Counted from the stretch's first letter, positions 1 through 15,527 are shown. The stretch is DNA of 64,000 nucleotides from Podarcis gaigeae (GCA_964106915.2 OZ066915.1); one strand, 5' to 3'. Notes: generated by a model not told the origin, from the sequence alone. A program made the numbers and translations.

Positions 1-164
1 GAAGGAGCCATCCAAGGGCAGCAGGTAACGAAGTGGGCGGGGAAACGAACGGAAATACCCAGGGTTAGATTACTATGGCAATATCCTATCCTAGACCTCG
101 GTTTACCTGTAAGCCGCCTGGAGTCCCTATCAGGGGGAAAGACGGAGTACAGTATAAGAAAATA

Positions 165-390
165 CAGTGGTACCTCGGGTTACAGACGCTTCAGGTTACA
201 GACTCCACTAACCCAGAAATAGTACCTCGGGTTAAGAACTTTGCTTCAGGATGAGAACAGAAATTGTGCTCCGGCGGTGCGGCGGCAGCGGGAGGCCCCA
301 TTAGCTAAAGTGGTACCTCAGGTTAAGAACAGTTTCAGGTTAAAGACAGACCTCCGGAACGAATTAAGTACTTAACCCGAGGTACCACTG
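165..390. mobile_element. Tc1/mariner (pogo/Tigger-like) MITE
   Basis: TIRs CAGTGGTACCTCGGGTTA / TAACCCGAGGTACCACTG, TA target duplication on both sides; many related copies in the window. Confidence 0.9.
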
Positions 391-611
391 TATAGACGAC
401 TACTACCACCACTACTAGTAGCAACAATAATATGTTTACCTAGGTCTTTTTCAGCCATGTTCTGGTCAGGGCAGCCTTCCAGGGATCAGAAAGTCTTCCA
501 TAATAAATATGGGAAACCTGATCCATCATATGACATGTTTTCCCATGGTGGGGAGGACACCCCAAAGGAGAGGGGAGTGGCAGTTGTTTCATGGGACCAT
601 TAGATCATACA

Positions 612-950
612 CACGGGTGACGCTGTGGTCTAAGCCACTGAGCCGCTTAGACTTGCCAATCAGAAGGTTGGTGGTTCGAATCCCTGCAACGGGATGAGCT
701 CCTATTGCTCTGTCCCAGCTCCTGTCAACCTAGCAGTTCAAAAGCACACCAGTGCAAGTAGATGAATAGGTACCACTGTGACAGAAAGGTAAACTACATT
801 TCTGTGCGCTCTGGCTTCCATCACTGTGTCCCATTGTGGCAGAAGTGGTTTAGTCACCTGGGAAGCTGTATGTGGACAAACACCAACTCCCTTGGCCTGA
901 AAGTGAGATGAGCACCGCAACCCCATAGTCGCTTTGGACTGGACTTAACC
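612..950 (+). mobile_element. Sauria-type SINE, diverged
   Basis: Head with B-box GGTTCGAATCC, body AACCTAGCAGTTCAAAAGCAC...AAGTAGATGAATAGGTACC; flanked by ATCATACA direct repeats (604-611, 951-958). Confidence 0.8.
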
Positions 951-1828
951 ATCATACATGGGTAAATACTGGAGAAGTGGTGTTTTAAGGACACATCTAC
1001 ACAAGTCGCAAAGTGTTGCCCTGGTGGAGTGGTAGGTTATAGTCACACAGGCTCATTTATTTTACTGGGAGCTTTTCCATAGTAATGTGGAGGAACTGGA
1101 GAGTAGGAATACTAGTTGGTGGGGCATCGATTGAATTTTTGTACGCCCTGTGTCTTCTAGTTCCCTGTTTAGTTAATATTTAAAAGAGGAAGTAGTGGGT
1201 GTTCTTTTAAAGGACATCGGAGAAATTGGCAATATTTTTTGCTGTAATTCTGAGTACACAAAGGTGAGGAGTCTAGTCATAATTAGAAAATGTTTTCTGT
1301 CAAATCGCTTCCTGCCTCACTGAGAACCTAAGAGTTGTCCTGAACAAGCACATATAAACCATATCCGTGTTTTAAAACACTAAGGGACATGAACAGAGAG
1401 TTTGTCGTATGGCAGCATAGGAAGCTTGGAGGGAGAATGTTATAGGCAAAGATCTAACTTGGAAAGTTTAGCTTCATGGTTTGTTTTCAGGTCAAAAGTA
1501 GATTTGATTCTACAGACATGTGGAAGTACTTTTTTGAGGCAGTGGGATTTTCCACATTTGGGGATGGAAAATGCTTTTTCCTGAACGAAAAGCAAAATGC
1601 GTTTAGGAAGCCTGCCCCATTCGAAGAATAAAGCTGTAGTTTATTCACTGCTCGTATAAAATTATTAGCTTGAAATTATACATAGTCTAAAGAGGCCAAA
1701 CATTAAAGACAAGGAAATTGGGATTGAAAATGGAGAAGAAATCTTTCACAGAACCTTTCAGTACTCCTGTAATAGTACGTCCTTCAGAATATTATTTCAA
1801 ATGAAACTCTGCCTTTTCTTCTAGCACC

Positions 1829-4800
1829 ATGTCCCAAAACCACAAGGACCTACTAGGTCTGGGTCGCCTTGAATACCTACAGGCCCTAGTCACTGAATTC
1901 CAGGTGACTGAGAGCTCTGGTGAGTATAATTTATTAGCCACTAGCTGCTTTTGTTCTATGTGTATAAATGCCTTGCCCATCTTAGTTGCTTCTTTCCTCC
2001 TCTCAAGAGTTGTTGCTTTGGTAACACAGTTTTTATTCATTTTCCTCTTTAAACTGTTTAACATGGTTGCATTGTATATATTTTTGTTTGCATTAGAGCA
2101 TAGGACATGCAATATTACATAAAAATCAAACAACCACAAAAACTCAAATAAACGTTTCTGAATATATTAACAAAGTTGTGTAAAAATTTATATACCAAAA
2201 ATATTACCTCAAGAGTTGTTTTATATTATTTCAGAAGCCAAGGAGCAGGTGTTGGCCAATCTAGCTAATTTTGCTTATGATCCTAAGAACTATGAATATC
2301 TCCGGCAGCTGAAAGTATTGGACCTGTTCCTAGATATGCTCAGTGAGGACAATGAAACCCTTGTGGAATTTGCACTTGGTAAGGCTTGTGTTTAAGCTTG
2401 ATACTTACTATGAATTAAAGCAATTTTTAAGAGCTTCTCTCGGCCTCCACACTTGAAATTATACTCCCACATCACTTTAGGGATAGTCAAGTTCGTCAGT
2501 CTTGGTATATGGCAGTGGTTTTTTTACCTTTACCTTTATGGCAGTGGTTGCGATTGTAAGCTGGGAAGGCCTCATGGTTCAGCCATTAAATCTCTAACTG
2601 TTCAATCCTGTATACATCTGCTCAGACCTATGTCCCACTGTTCCTTCTGGGTAAGCAAGCATTGGATTGCAGCCTGTGGCCTTAAGTAAACTTCTCTCTC
2701 ATCAGCCTCAAACCCCCATTTAATGTTGACCTCTCTTACAATGTGTATAAAAGCAGGATTACTAAGAAAATGTGTGTGAAATATTTTAGTGTTCAATGCA
2801 CTATATAAATACTGAATATCATCATTATTAAAATCTGCATCCTTTGTGGGGGCAAGATAAATCTTCACAATTAGAAGAAATTTAGTCAGAGCAGCCAGCT
2901 AACATTGTAAACTTAGGAAAAGAGCAGTTACTGTGCCATTCCAGTTGTTTTTGGACTCCAACTCCCCCAGCCAGCACGCTCAATGGTCAGGGAACATGGG
3001 CGTTGCTGTCCAGCAAAATCTGGAGGGACATTAATAATGCCATGGCCACACTGCTCAGAGGCTCCAGCTCGACGAAAGATGCTCTCAACCTTGTGGATAT
3101 TAGAATGCCTAGCCCTCCCTTAACTCGTCCCCCTTTGTTGCTTGGTGAACCTGCGAGCGAAAATGAGGCAAAACCATTTACATCTAAGTCCCCTGTTAGC
3201 CATGTCTCTTGCAGGAAGACTATATCATGATCTTGAATAAAATTGACAAATGATTGGTCAGTCGCCTTGTTGAGCCAACCAGCAATGTTCCATGATAAAA
3301 ATTTAAGATTGGCTTTATCACAGTCGAGTCTTTGTCAATTATTAGCTAACGTACTTTTAGGGTTTGTCGCTTTATGTATCGGTCGCCTATCGTCTTTGTA
3401 TGGCGGGCTATCCAGCCGCTCTATGATTTCAATAGGTGGATGCAAAGTGCTCACGTTTGTGAACACCGGATCTTTATTATGCATAAATTCATTCTGTGGA
3501 TATTCTGTTGTGGCCTGATTTTGGCCCAGTTCTGTTTCATCTAGGTATCTCATTTTGTCCCATACGTCTGGTGCGGTCACCTTAGGGATATTTCTCCTTT
3601 GGGGGGGTGATGGAGTGCTCTCCTTGAAGGGTGGCACATTCTCTCTTGGTGGAAAGTTAATCTCCGCATTAATCTGAAGGTTACGTGTTGTGGTCTTTTT
3701 TTGGTCCCCCTTAATAACCTCGTTGCCTGAAGCTCTCTCGGCCAGCTTATCTCTTAGCTTGTCTAGACATAGGTTCTCCATACCCATACAACAGTATCAC
3801 TTGTGAAGAAAACACAATGGGTTAAATGTATCGGCCCACACAGGGTGGAAATAATTGTTTACTTTTATTATCATCATGCTAATAATTCAGCATCCAAAAT
3901 CTTTCAGCAAATGATTCAGTTTTATTTCTCGAAGCCATGAGCAAAACAGTTGGCCCCCATGAATACCAGGACCTGTTAACATACAGGATATCCCACTTCT
4001 TGTAAAAGGCTGCTTAGTCTGAAATGCGGAGTTGAAGGAGCAGGTGAGACACTGCTGAGCCAATAAGAGCAGGAAGCAGACAAGTTTTGAAAACAAAGGA
4101 GCATTCTCTTATGCAGAGGCTGCAGCACTTACAGGAGCGCACAGTGCCTTCTAGTGTTGTGTGTGAAGAATTAGTATGAATGCTTTGGTTGGGGAAAAAA
4201 CAGGAAGACTTTTTCAGAATGAAAACAAGGTAGATAATTGCAATCAGAGGGAGTTGTTATGCGGAGAAAGAAAGAAAACAAAAAAGTTTTAAAGTTGAAC
4301 AAGAACCCAGTGGTGTTCTTTTATTGCAGATAGCATAGTGTGTAACCCCGCTGGGTTCTTGTTCCACTTGTTTTCTTTCTTTTCCCTCTCATAAAAAAAC
4401 TGTGTGTTAAGCCAATGAGGAACCTGTGGCAGAGTGTGAAAATAGTTAAACATACACTAGTATTGCCACCAGTCAACTTTGCAAGACATAAATTACATCA
4501 TTCCCAGCCCATAATGCCCTTTGCCTCTTGCTAGCTCTTCCCTTCAGCATCTTGTCATTTGCCAACAGATTCCAAATTCTTCTTAATCACATTTTGTAAG
4601 TGGCAGACCCCCCCTTTCTCCCCCCAATGTGTGCAATGTTTACAGTTCTCATGACAGAATCTGAATATATAATAGAAGTTTTAACCTGTGTCTGCCTGGC
4701 TACAACTCCCACTGAGATCTCCCTCCCTCTAGTAACTAGTTGCTTTCGTTGTGGATGTTGGGGAAAGAGGAAGGGAAAGTCAGGACAGTGCAGAGGAAAG

Positions 4801-5777
4801 CACGCAAGCTACATAGAGAAAGACTTAGATCATGGTTTCCCAAACTTGGGTCTCCAGCTGTTTTTTGGACTACAGTTCCCATCATCCCTGACCACTGGTC
4901 GTGTTAGCTAGGGATGATGGGAGTTGTAGTCCAAAACAGCTGGAGACCCAAATTTGGGGAACCCTGACTTAATAATAAAATTAATTTATATCCTGCCCAT
5001 CTGATTGGGTTTCCCCAGCTACTCTTGGTGGCTTACAACATATATAAAAACATATCAAACATTAAAAAACAAAATATGCTGACAAGCAACAAACCTACCA
5101 CTAAATCAATAGAAACCAATAACAACAATAATAAACAGTTTACAGTTATGCCCAAATTAAAATTACCGCCAACTTCAACTAAACATTTAACCAACACCAA
5201 CCCAACAAAAAACTGAGGAACCAAAATTAGAACAGTTTAAAACATTTTAGCCAGTTGTCCCAGCCCAAGAGTTGTTCAAGCAAGGTCCCTCCGGCCTCCC
5301 AGAAGCCTCTTTTAGCTGTTCAGGGTGAGTCTGGGTGACTTCAATGAACCTGGTTGCCTCAATACCTATGGCAGTGGTAAATGTGAAGTAGATGAGAAGG
5401 CTGGTCCTGTCTTTACTATCTCATTCTCTCGTACTTTAGGTGGCCTTTGTAACCTCTGCCTGGACAAAATCAACAAAGACTATATCTTGGAGGCAGATGG
5501 TGTCGCAGCCGTTGTCGGTGCCCTCTCCAGCTCCAATGAAGAGACTGTGATGTCCGCAGTCACCACTTTAATGTACTTGACCACCCCCCAGTCTCGCCAA
5601 CAGATCACGGCTCTTCCCGTGGTGGAATGCATGCTGCGCTTCTCCCTCTCGGCCAACCGGAGGCTACGAAACCTGGCCACCATCTTCCTTGAAGATTACT
5701 GCACCCCTCATCAGGTAGAGGCGGCCAAGGCCCTGACCGAACACACTGCCCTAGGGATCCCACTGCCAAAGGACTGA
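1829..5777 (+). CDS. ARMC7: Armadillo repeat-containing protein 7; join(1829..1919,2235..2378,5440..5777), 190 aa
   Basis: Exons of 91+144+338 nt = 573 nt, GT-AG introns, phases match. Translation [66 protein letters not shown]...[10 protein letters not shown]...[13 protein letters not shown]...ALGIPLPKD matches recalled vertebrate ARMC7; syntenic with NT5C. Confidence 0.96.
3030..3790 (-). mobile_element. Internal fragment of a non-LTR retrotransposon: ORF1 C-terminus plus start of APE endonuclease (possibly RTE-X-like)
   Basis: Minus frame reads ...[90 protein letters not shown]; SWNxxG, QETW and GGxxIL are APE motifs. Confidence 0.8.
4831..4966. mobile_element. Palindromic hAT-type MITE (URR1-like)
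   Basis: Near-perfect long hairpin GGACTACAGTTCCCATCATCCCT...AGGGATGATGGGAGTTGTAGTCC; related decayed copies near 2940, 6890, 12370, 15890, 23950 and 52940. Confidence 0.8.
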
Positions 5778-7225
5778 CTCGGCACAGAGGGCAGCCGGAA
5801 AGCTTTTCATGGAAGAAGCAGCAGCCCTTGTGTTGGAAAAAGCCAGCCCTCGGGTGAGGAAAATCATCCCCGGAATCTCACTTTAAAAAGAGACTCTTCA
5901 GGAACTGTTAAGCACCATGAGGCATGCATCTGATGCTGTCATTTTTAGGGGCCACTGAAATATTTTGGCACCTAGTCACATTACACCGGGCTTTGGTGGG
6001 AGGCTGCATTACACTGAGGTGTCCTACTGCCTAGCTCTTCTGGGTAAGCCAGCCTTCCATCTGCTGGGTGGGCTTCTCACTGGCAGAAGACAGCAGGAAG
6101 CCCCAAAACAGGGCATTGCAAGGGCAAGGAGGGGCTAAGTTGAGCCAGCCCAGGATCTGCTGGATCCTAAGCTGGTCTTAGTACCAAGATGCAGTGCATT
6201 CAGGGTGAATCTGGGCCCAGTTCCTACACTGACCTGGAGATGGTGCAGCGATCTGGCCCAGTACAAGCCTGACTGTTCTGCCCCACCGCCACTGCTTTGC
6301 AGCCAAAGTGAGCTGCGATGCTACTGATGCAGTAGGGGCTCTACTGCTTGGCCAAGCTCTGCCAGCAGGGTTGGGAGTTTAGATTGCCCCTTAAGGTTGT
6401 CTTTCATTCTATTGGAATGAAAGTCAGTCATTCTATCGGAATGAGCGTGGGATTCCTTGCCAATAGAAGTTCAGCAGGAATCAGGAGATGTGTCATGATT
6501 ATGCTTAGTTGTCTTGTTACGTTTTGTTATACATCTTTAAAAATCCCAATGCATTTTTACTTTCTTCCTCTTTTTTATTTTTTACACTTCCTTTCTTTTT
6601 TAAGGAAGCTTGGCAGAGTTCCATTAGTGCTTTCTTTCAATTGACTTTGCAAACTCTGCATTGTTCACACATGCTTTTGGAGTGTGAAATTTTTTAACCA
6701 ACCAGATTTGATTGATGGTTTTACTGTTGTGGTGGTATTTTGTTATATTTTCTGTGAAAGCGTGGTTTATAAATATTTGAATAAGGAACAGATAGATAAA
6801 GCATTGTTATCTGGAGATTTAAATCATGCTACAGGACCCTAATAGCTATTATAGTGGATATACCTTGGAGCAGGAGAATACAGGTGGGAATCCTGTTCCC
6901 CTCCAAATATAGTTGGGACTCCAATTCCCATCAGCCAGTGTGGTCAGGAATGATGGGCGTTGGAACATTTGGGAAGTCATGGGTTGCACATCCCTGCTTT
7001 AGCTGGGCTTTTTTTTCTTTAAACAGCAGAATGAACAGAAGACAGGTGAGCAATAGCGAATGGCTCAGTTGGTTAGAGTGTTGTGCTGATAATGCCAAGT
7101 TTGCAGGTTTGATCCCTGTATGGGACAGCTGCATATTTCTTGCATTGCAGGGAGCTGAACTAGATCAGAGCTTTCCAAACTGTGTGCTGTGACATGTTAG
7201 TGTGTCGGCTGCAGTGTGTAGGTGT

Positions 7226-7666
7226 TGTTGGGATCGTCCTACTCTCATGTAGAACCCTGGTAGAGACACATGCCCAACTAACATGTTCTCTCCCTCCTGG
7301 TCGGTCGGGAGCTTCAAAAGCTTTCTCTAGCCTGAACATCAAAGCAACTGATACCAAGAAGCATCAGCACACTTAGGGATCCTGCAGAGTATTTGCAGGT
7401 TGCGTAACAGACTCAGTAGCTCAGCATCTTGGCTAATCTACTTGATTTACATATAATAAACTCGGAGCATCCTGACTTAGCTCCTTCCTCTTTCTCATCA
7501 GACAGCAAAGAGAGAAGGAACAAAGGACAATAGTCCCACTTTCCAGAACACAGTAATACCAAAACATCCTCTCTCCGTCACTTCCCACTATGTGGAATGA
7601 AAACATACACCGTCATGTGATAGACAACAATCTCGTGACTGCAAACACAGAGCAAGAATCCTAACA
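7226..7666 (-). mobile_element. Solo LTR 1 (441 bp, Copia- or BEL-like termini)
   Basis: Ends TGTTGGGAT...ATCCTAACA; 5-bp TSD GGTGT at 7221-7225 and 7667-7671; orientation inferred. Confidence 0.8.
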
Positions 7667-7674
7667 GGTGTGTC

Positions 7675-8047
7675 TGTTAGGATATTTCCGTTCCACCTTA
7701 AAAAGGGAGCAGGTTGTTGTGTCACAGCCTGCGTACTTCCGCTCACAGGAAGTTTCTGTTTTGTATATAGCTGTTGTCTCTCTCTGTGCCTCGACACGCA
7801 GGCAGGCAGTCATGTTTTTTCTTTTGTTCTGACCAACGCTGAATAAAGTTGTAAATAATGCTCTCCTGAGTGCATCTTTTGTTGTGCGAAGTCTGCGAAA
7901 GGGCGTGCACCAGTCCTTAGAATGTGGACAGCTGTTTCTGAGGCTTGTGTCGCTAATTGATTGACACTGTTCTACGGGAGATTGATGGATCGTCCGGAAT
8001 CGACGTGGAGGCATGATGGCCTTTGTCTCCCTGGCAGTATGCCAACA
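7675..8047 (+). mobile_element. Solo LTR 2 (373 bp, Copia- or BEL-like termini)
   Basis: Ends TGTTAGGAT...GCCAACA; 5-bp TSD GTGTC at 7670-7674 and 8048-8052; internal TATATA near 7764 and AATAAA at 7842-7847. Confidence 0.82.
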
Positions 8048-8321
8048 GTGTCACGCGAATGCTTCTCCCAGGACTGGAAAGAGTTTAGTTTAGCCTCCGG
8101 TTTGCTAATAAAACTAAAGTACTGTGTCACAAAATGATGCATGTTTAAAAAGTGTGTCGTCAACATGAAAAGTTTGGAAAGCTCTGGACTAGATGATTCT
8201 CAGGGTCCCTTCTAACTCTACAATTCCATGATTCTATTACTGTACCCTAAAATCTTAGTGCTTTGAGGTCTCCCTGTTCCTCTTCTGGCGCTGCGTATAC
8301 CAGCTACTGATCGTTTGCACT

Positions 8322-8327
8322 TTTATT
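8322..8327 (-). terminator. Probable NT5C polyadenylation signal (AATAAA on minus strand)
   Basis: TTTATT on plus, about 200 nt downstream of the NT5C stop. Confidence 0.6.
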
Positions 8328-8528
8328 TATCTAGATGCATGACAAAGACTCACATTGTTGATGTTTAATTAGGACAAAACAGTATTCTCTTGCAAATAGG
8401 AAATATATTTCCATCTGGGCTGGCTCACTGGGTGGGTGCCTTGCTTCGTTCCAGTGGAGTTTAATGACCAGCTGGTGTTTTGGGTCACTTTCACTGCCTG
8501 TTGAAGTACACGCCCCTTTCTTCAGCCA

Positions 8529-12320
<3,792 letters not shown>

Positions 12321-12546
12321 AGTCCCCATTTTGCGTTAACTTTTTGCTGTTATTTAATCAGCGTCTTGTGTTTCTCAGTCTGTGGGTCCCCAGATGTTGT
12401 TGGACTACAACTCCCATCTTCCCTGACCACTGGTCATGCTGGCTAGGAATGAGGGGGGGTTGTAGTCCAGCAACATCTAGGGACCCACAGGTCTAAACGA
12501 AGAGATCTGAACTTGAAGCCATGTTTTCAGCTATCCAAGGTCGCTC

Positions 12547-12686
12547 TAGAGTCAGAATTGTAAGGGACCCACCCAGGTCATCTAGTCCAACCCCCTGCAC
12601 TGCAGGAATCTTTGGCCCAACGTGCGACTCGAACCCACGACGCTGAAATTAAGAGTCTCGTGTTCTACCAACTGAGCTACCTGGAC
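12547..12686 (-). mobile_element. tRNA-Lys(CTT)-derived SINE with CR1-type tail
   Basis: Minus strand GTCCAGGTAGCTCAGTTGGTAGAACACGAGACTCTTAATTTCAGCGTCGTGGGTTCGAGTCGCACGTTGGGC followed by TTCCTGCAGTGCAGGGGGTTGGACTAGATGACC; related copies at 31515 and 50694. Confidence 0.85.
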
Positions 12687-12872
12687 ACATTTGTTTAAGC
12701 AAGGGTTGTGAGTTACAGGCATGGCTTTGAGTTTTCTTTACATGGTAACTGAGCTTGGCCAATAGCAAATATACTGTACAATGAGGGGTGGATGTATTGG
12801 GCAGGGTGGGGGAAGAGGGAAGAGCGAGCGAGAGATGAGCTTTTATCAAGAATTAGGGAAGCTACAAGAATT

Positions 12873-13155
12873 GGGACGCGGGTGGCGCTGTGGGTTAAAC
12901 CACAGAGCCTAGGGCTTGCTGATCAGAAGGTCAGGGGTTCAAATCCCCACGAGGGACTGAGCTCCCGTTGAAGTGCAAGCAGATAAATAGGTACCGCTCT
13001 GGCAGAAAGATAAACGGCATTTCTGTGTGCTGCTCTGGTTCGCCAGAAGCGGCTTAGTCATGCTGGCCACATGACCTGGAAACTGTACGCCGCCTCCCTC
13101 GGCCAATAAAGCGAGATGAGCGCTGCACCTAATGGTCAGGGGTCCGTTTACCTTT
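12873..13155 (+). mobile_element. Sauria-type SINE
   Basis: GGGACGCGGGTGGCGCTGTGGGTTAAACCACAGAGCCTAGGGCTTG head, TTTACCTTTA tail, TACAAGAA flanking repeats. Confidence 0.88.
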
Positions 13156-14648
13156 ACAAGAAGAATTTGCTCAGTATGTTGCTCAGTTGACTCTGTTCTA
13201 TTGCAAAAAAGCAATCAAACACTTGAATTCTACACCACCACTGTGGCATTATAGTGGGATCAGTTACTACCAGATAAAAAGAGAGCATACCCAAATGACT
13301 CCTATGTTATGTTGAAGTGAGAGCTCAATCCAGGATAGCTTCGAAAATCTTGACCACATTGCAGGATTTCATTATTACACAAAGTTGCAATGTGTGGTAA
13401 AGTTCATCCCACTGAAATCAGAATTGGGACATCCAGCAGAGCATGGTGGAAACCCCTCATTATGATGGAGATAAGCAGACACCGATAAAGTGTTTCTCTC
13501 TGTAACGCTGAGAATGTAGATTAGATTTTATGGCACACCATCACAGGCCATATTGCACAACAATGATGTGTAAGAAACTATTTGCTTCCCTTCAGTTAGT
13601 GCAAAGACTTTCTTTCATCTGTATCAGGTTGCAATAGTTCCCAAGCTCTTAATGGACAGCCAGCAAACCATCGGCTAATACCAAGATCAGTATCTGGGAG
13701 CAGGAGCACACAAAAAGAGCTATGCAGACAGGGCACTGCCCCCCCCCCCCATTCTGGTGCTTCTTGGCCTGGTGCTTCCAGACTGTAGTGTGGAGGACTT
13801 CTGTAATTCATTGTTTAATGCCTCTACATGAAACTACTGGGACCAATGATCTGAGCACCCTATGAAGCCCTTTTAAGACCTTTTATTTTAATTTAGGTTG
13901 TAGGCAGCCTTGAGCATTTCTTACTGCAAGTAGCATCCTAGCCCATTCAAAGTGTATCACGTTTGAGGTAGCAAGGTTTTGTTTTTGTTTTTTTGCACAA
14001 TATGCATCAACATAGTTTTGCTAAATAAACACTAGGCAGGTTAAAAACAGTATTGGATCTATGGCATATTATCCAGTTATGGACCAGTTTACTCATTTTC
14101 AAAATATTCTCTGTATTCAAGATAGGAGGGTGCTGTTCAATGTAAGATGTAAAACTTATTTGTTATGCCCAATTGCTACTCAACCTCTGAAATGTGTTCC
14201 ATTTTCATGTTTTATATATTATGGTCAAACTGTTCCATCTGTAATTACTAGCCATTTTATGTACAGCAGCCTTTGAATAAGAGATCTTGTTTAGCATCCC
14301 TTAACATGTGTAAGAAGCCAAATGAAAGTGATTTAGTTTCACAACTATCAACGCTGTATTCCCATCTCTTAAAGCAGATATACCTCCATAGATACCGCAA
14401 AGCATGATGGCTACATGACACTTGATTACGCTTCTAGTATAATGGCACTAATTAGCAGCAACCTAGCATGTTAACATTGCTACAGCAATGGCTGTTTGTT
14501 TGGGAAGTGTATATGGAAATGTTCTATGAAACCACCCAATTTCTCTTCCACGTTTTTGTGGATTTCAACTTGATATTCAAGTGACGAGTAGGCAGCATAG
14601 CAGACCCTGAAAACAAAGCTCTGACACTGCTTCAAAATTTCTATATAT

Positions 14649-14654
14649 TTTATT
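14649..14654 (-). terminator. Probable JPT1 polyadenylation signal
   Basis: TTTATT on plus in AT-rich context about 880 nt downstream of the JPT1 stop. Confidence 0.6.
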
Positions 14655-15527
14655 TAAGCAACAATCCAGCTTTATCAAGATATAACACACATTTAGAAGG
14701 ATGAAACTCTCACCTCATGGTCAAGCACCAACATGATCATGCATAGCACAGGAATTGTTTGAACTAGAATGCCTCTTAAAAGAGATTGTTCCTGTCTCCA
14801 ATACTTACTTCTGCAAGATCCACTCCACCTTGACTTCAGGTGAGTCCCAATATTGGGGCAACAGAACAGCATCTCAAATCACTAGCCCTGTCATTTGGCA
14901 CTGGTCCCATCTGATATGCCTGAACCAAGATTCTTCTTGTTTGAAGGCAGCATGGTAATCGCTAGCACCATGACTCTTACTGTTCAGAAATGCACAACAG
15001 GGCTTTAGACATTTACCAGTTACTGAAGGATACCTTGGATAACCAACTAGCATGTGTTGCAGGGATGGGTAGGAAAGAGTACATTTGTCAACCGTCTTCT
15101 GATCTGTGCAACCCTGGACTTTCAACCCTTCTTCTAAGCTAACTAAGGGGTTTCTACAAATTTCAGGACAAAATGCCATCTAACACACTCAGAACCAACC
15201 AGCCTAGGTTATGATACACTACTATATATATATATACCTTAGAAATCTTTCCATCAGCCATGGGCTGCATAGGAATGCCACTGCTCTACGTCTACCACTA
15301 GGAAAAGAAATCACACATTCCACTTCCAGTAGACCCAAGGGAGACAAGACAGAAGTTGAAAAAACCTTCCTTTAAAAAAGATGAAGTACATAAAGTGCTT
15401 CTTTAATGACAGTTTGAGAAGAAGTACAGTCAGGCTCAAGTTGTGCAGTTCACAAGCATGGAAGGAAAACAAAGATGACAGACATGAGTTCCAAGTAGTT
15501 AGGAGGAGGAGCAAAGGAGGAATAAGT

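Larger units (their letters stand above)
7166..8186. mobile_element. Non-autonomous hAT element (about 197 bp once nested LTRs are removed)
   Basis: Perfect 16-bp TIRs CAGAGCTTTCCAAACT / AGTTTGGAAAGCTCTG; 8-bp TSD AACTAGAT / GACTAGAT (1 mismatch). Confidence 0.88.
7058..8236 (+). mobile_element. tRNA-Ile-derived SINE with CR1-type tail, split by nested insertions (7058..7165 + 8195..8236)
   Basis: Head TGGCTCAGTTGGTTAGAGTGTTGTGCTGATAATGCCAAG resembles tRNA-Ile; tail resumes after 8194 as GATTCTCAGGGTCCCTTCTAACTCTACAATTCCATGATTCTA. Confidence 0.8.

Noticed and set aside
7490-7506. Hammerhead-like CTGATGA...GAAA on the minus strand (a similar near-match lies near 62836-62848)
   Set aside because: No stem II between the core motifs and no convincing stems I or III.
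12615-12686. Full-length tRNA-Lys(CTT)-like sequence
   Set aside because: It runs straight into the SINE/CR1 tail, lacks a poly-T terminator and has stem mismatches; sibling copies show it is a SINE head. The same applies at 7058, 31515 and 50694.
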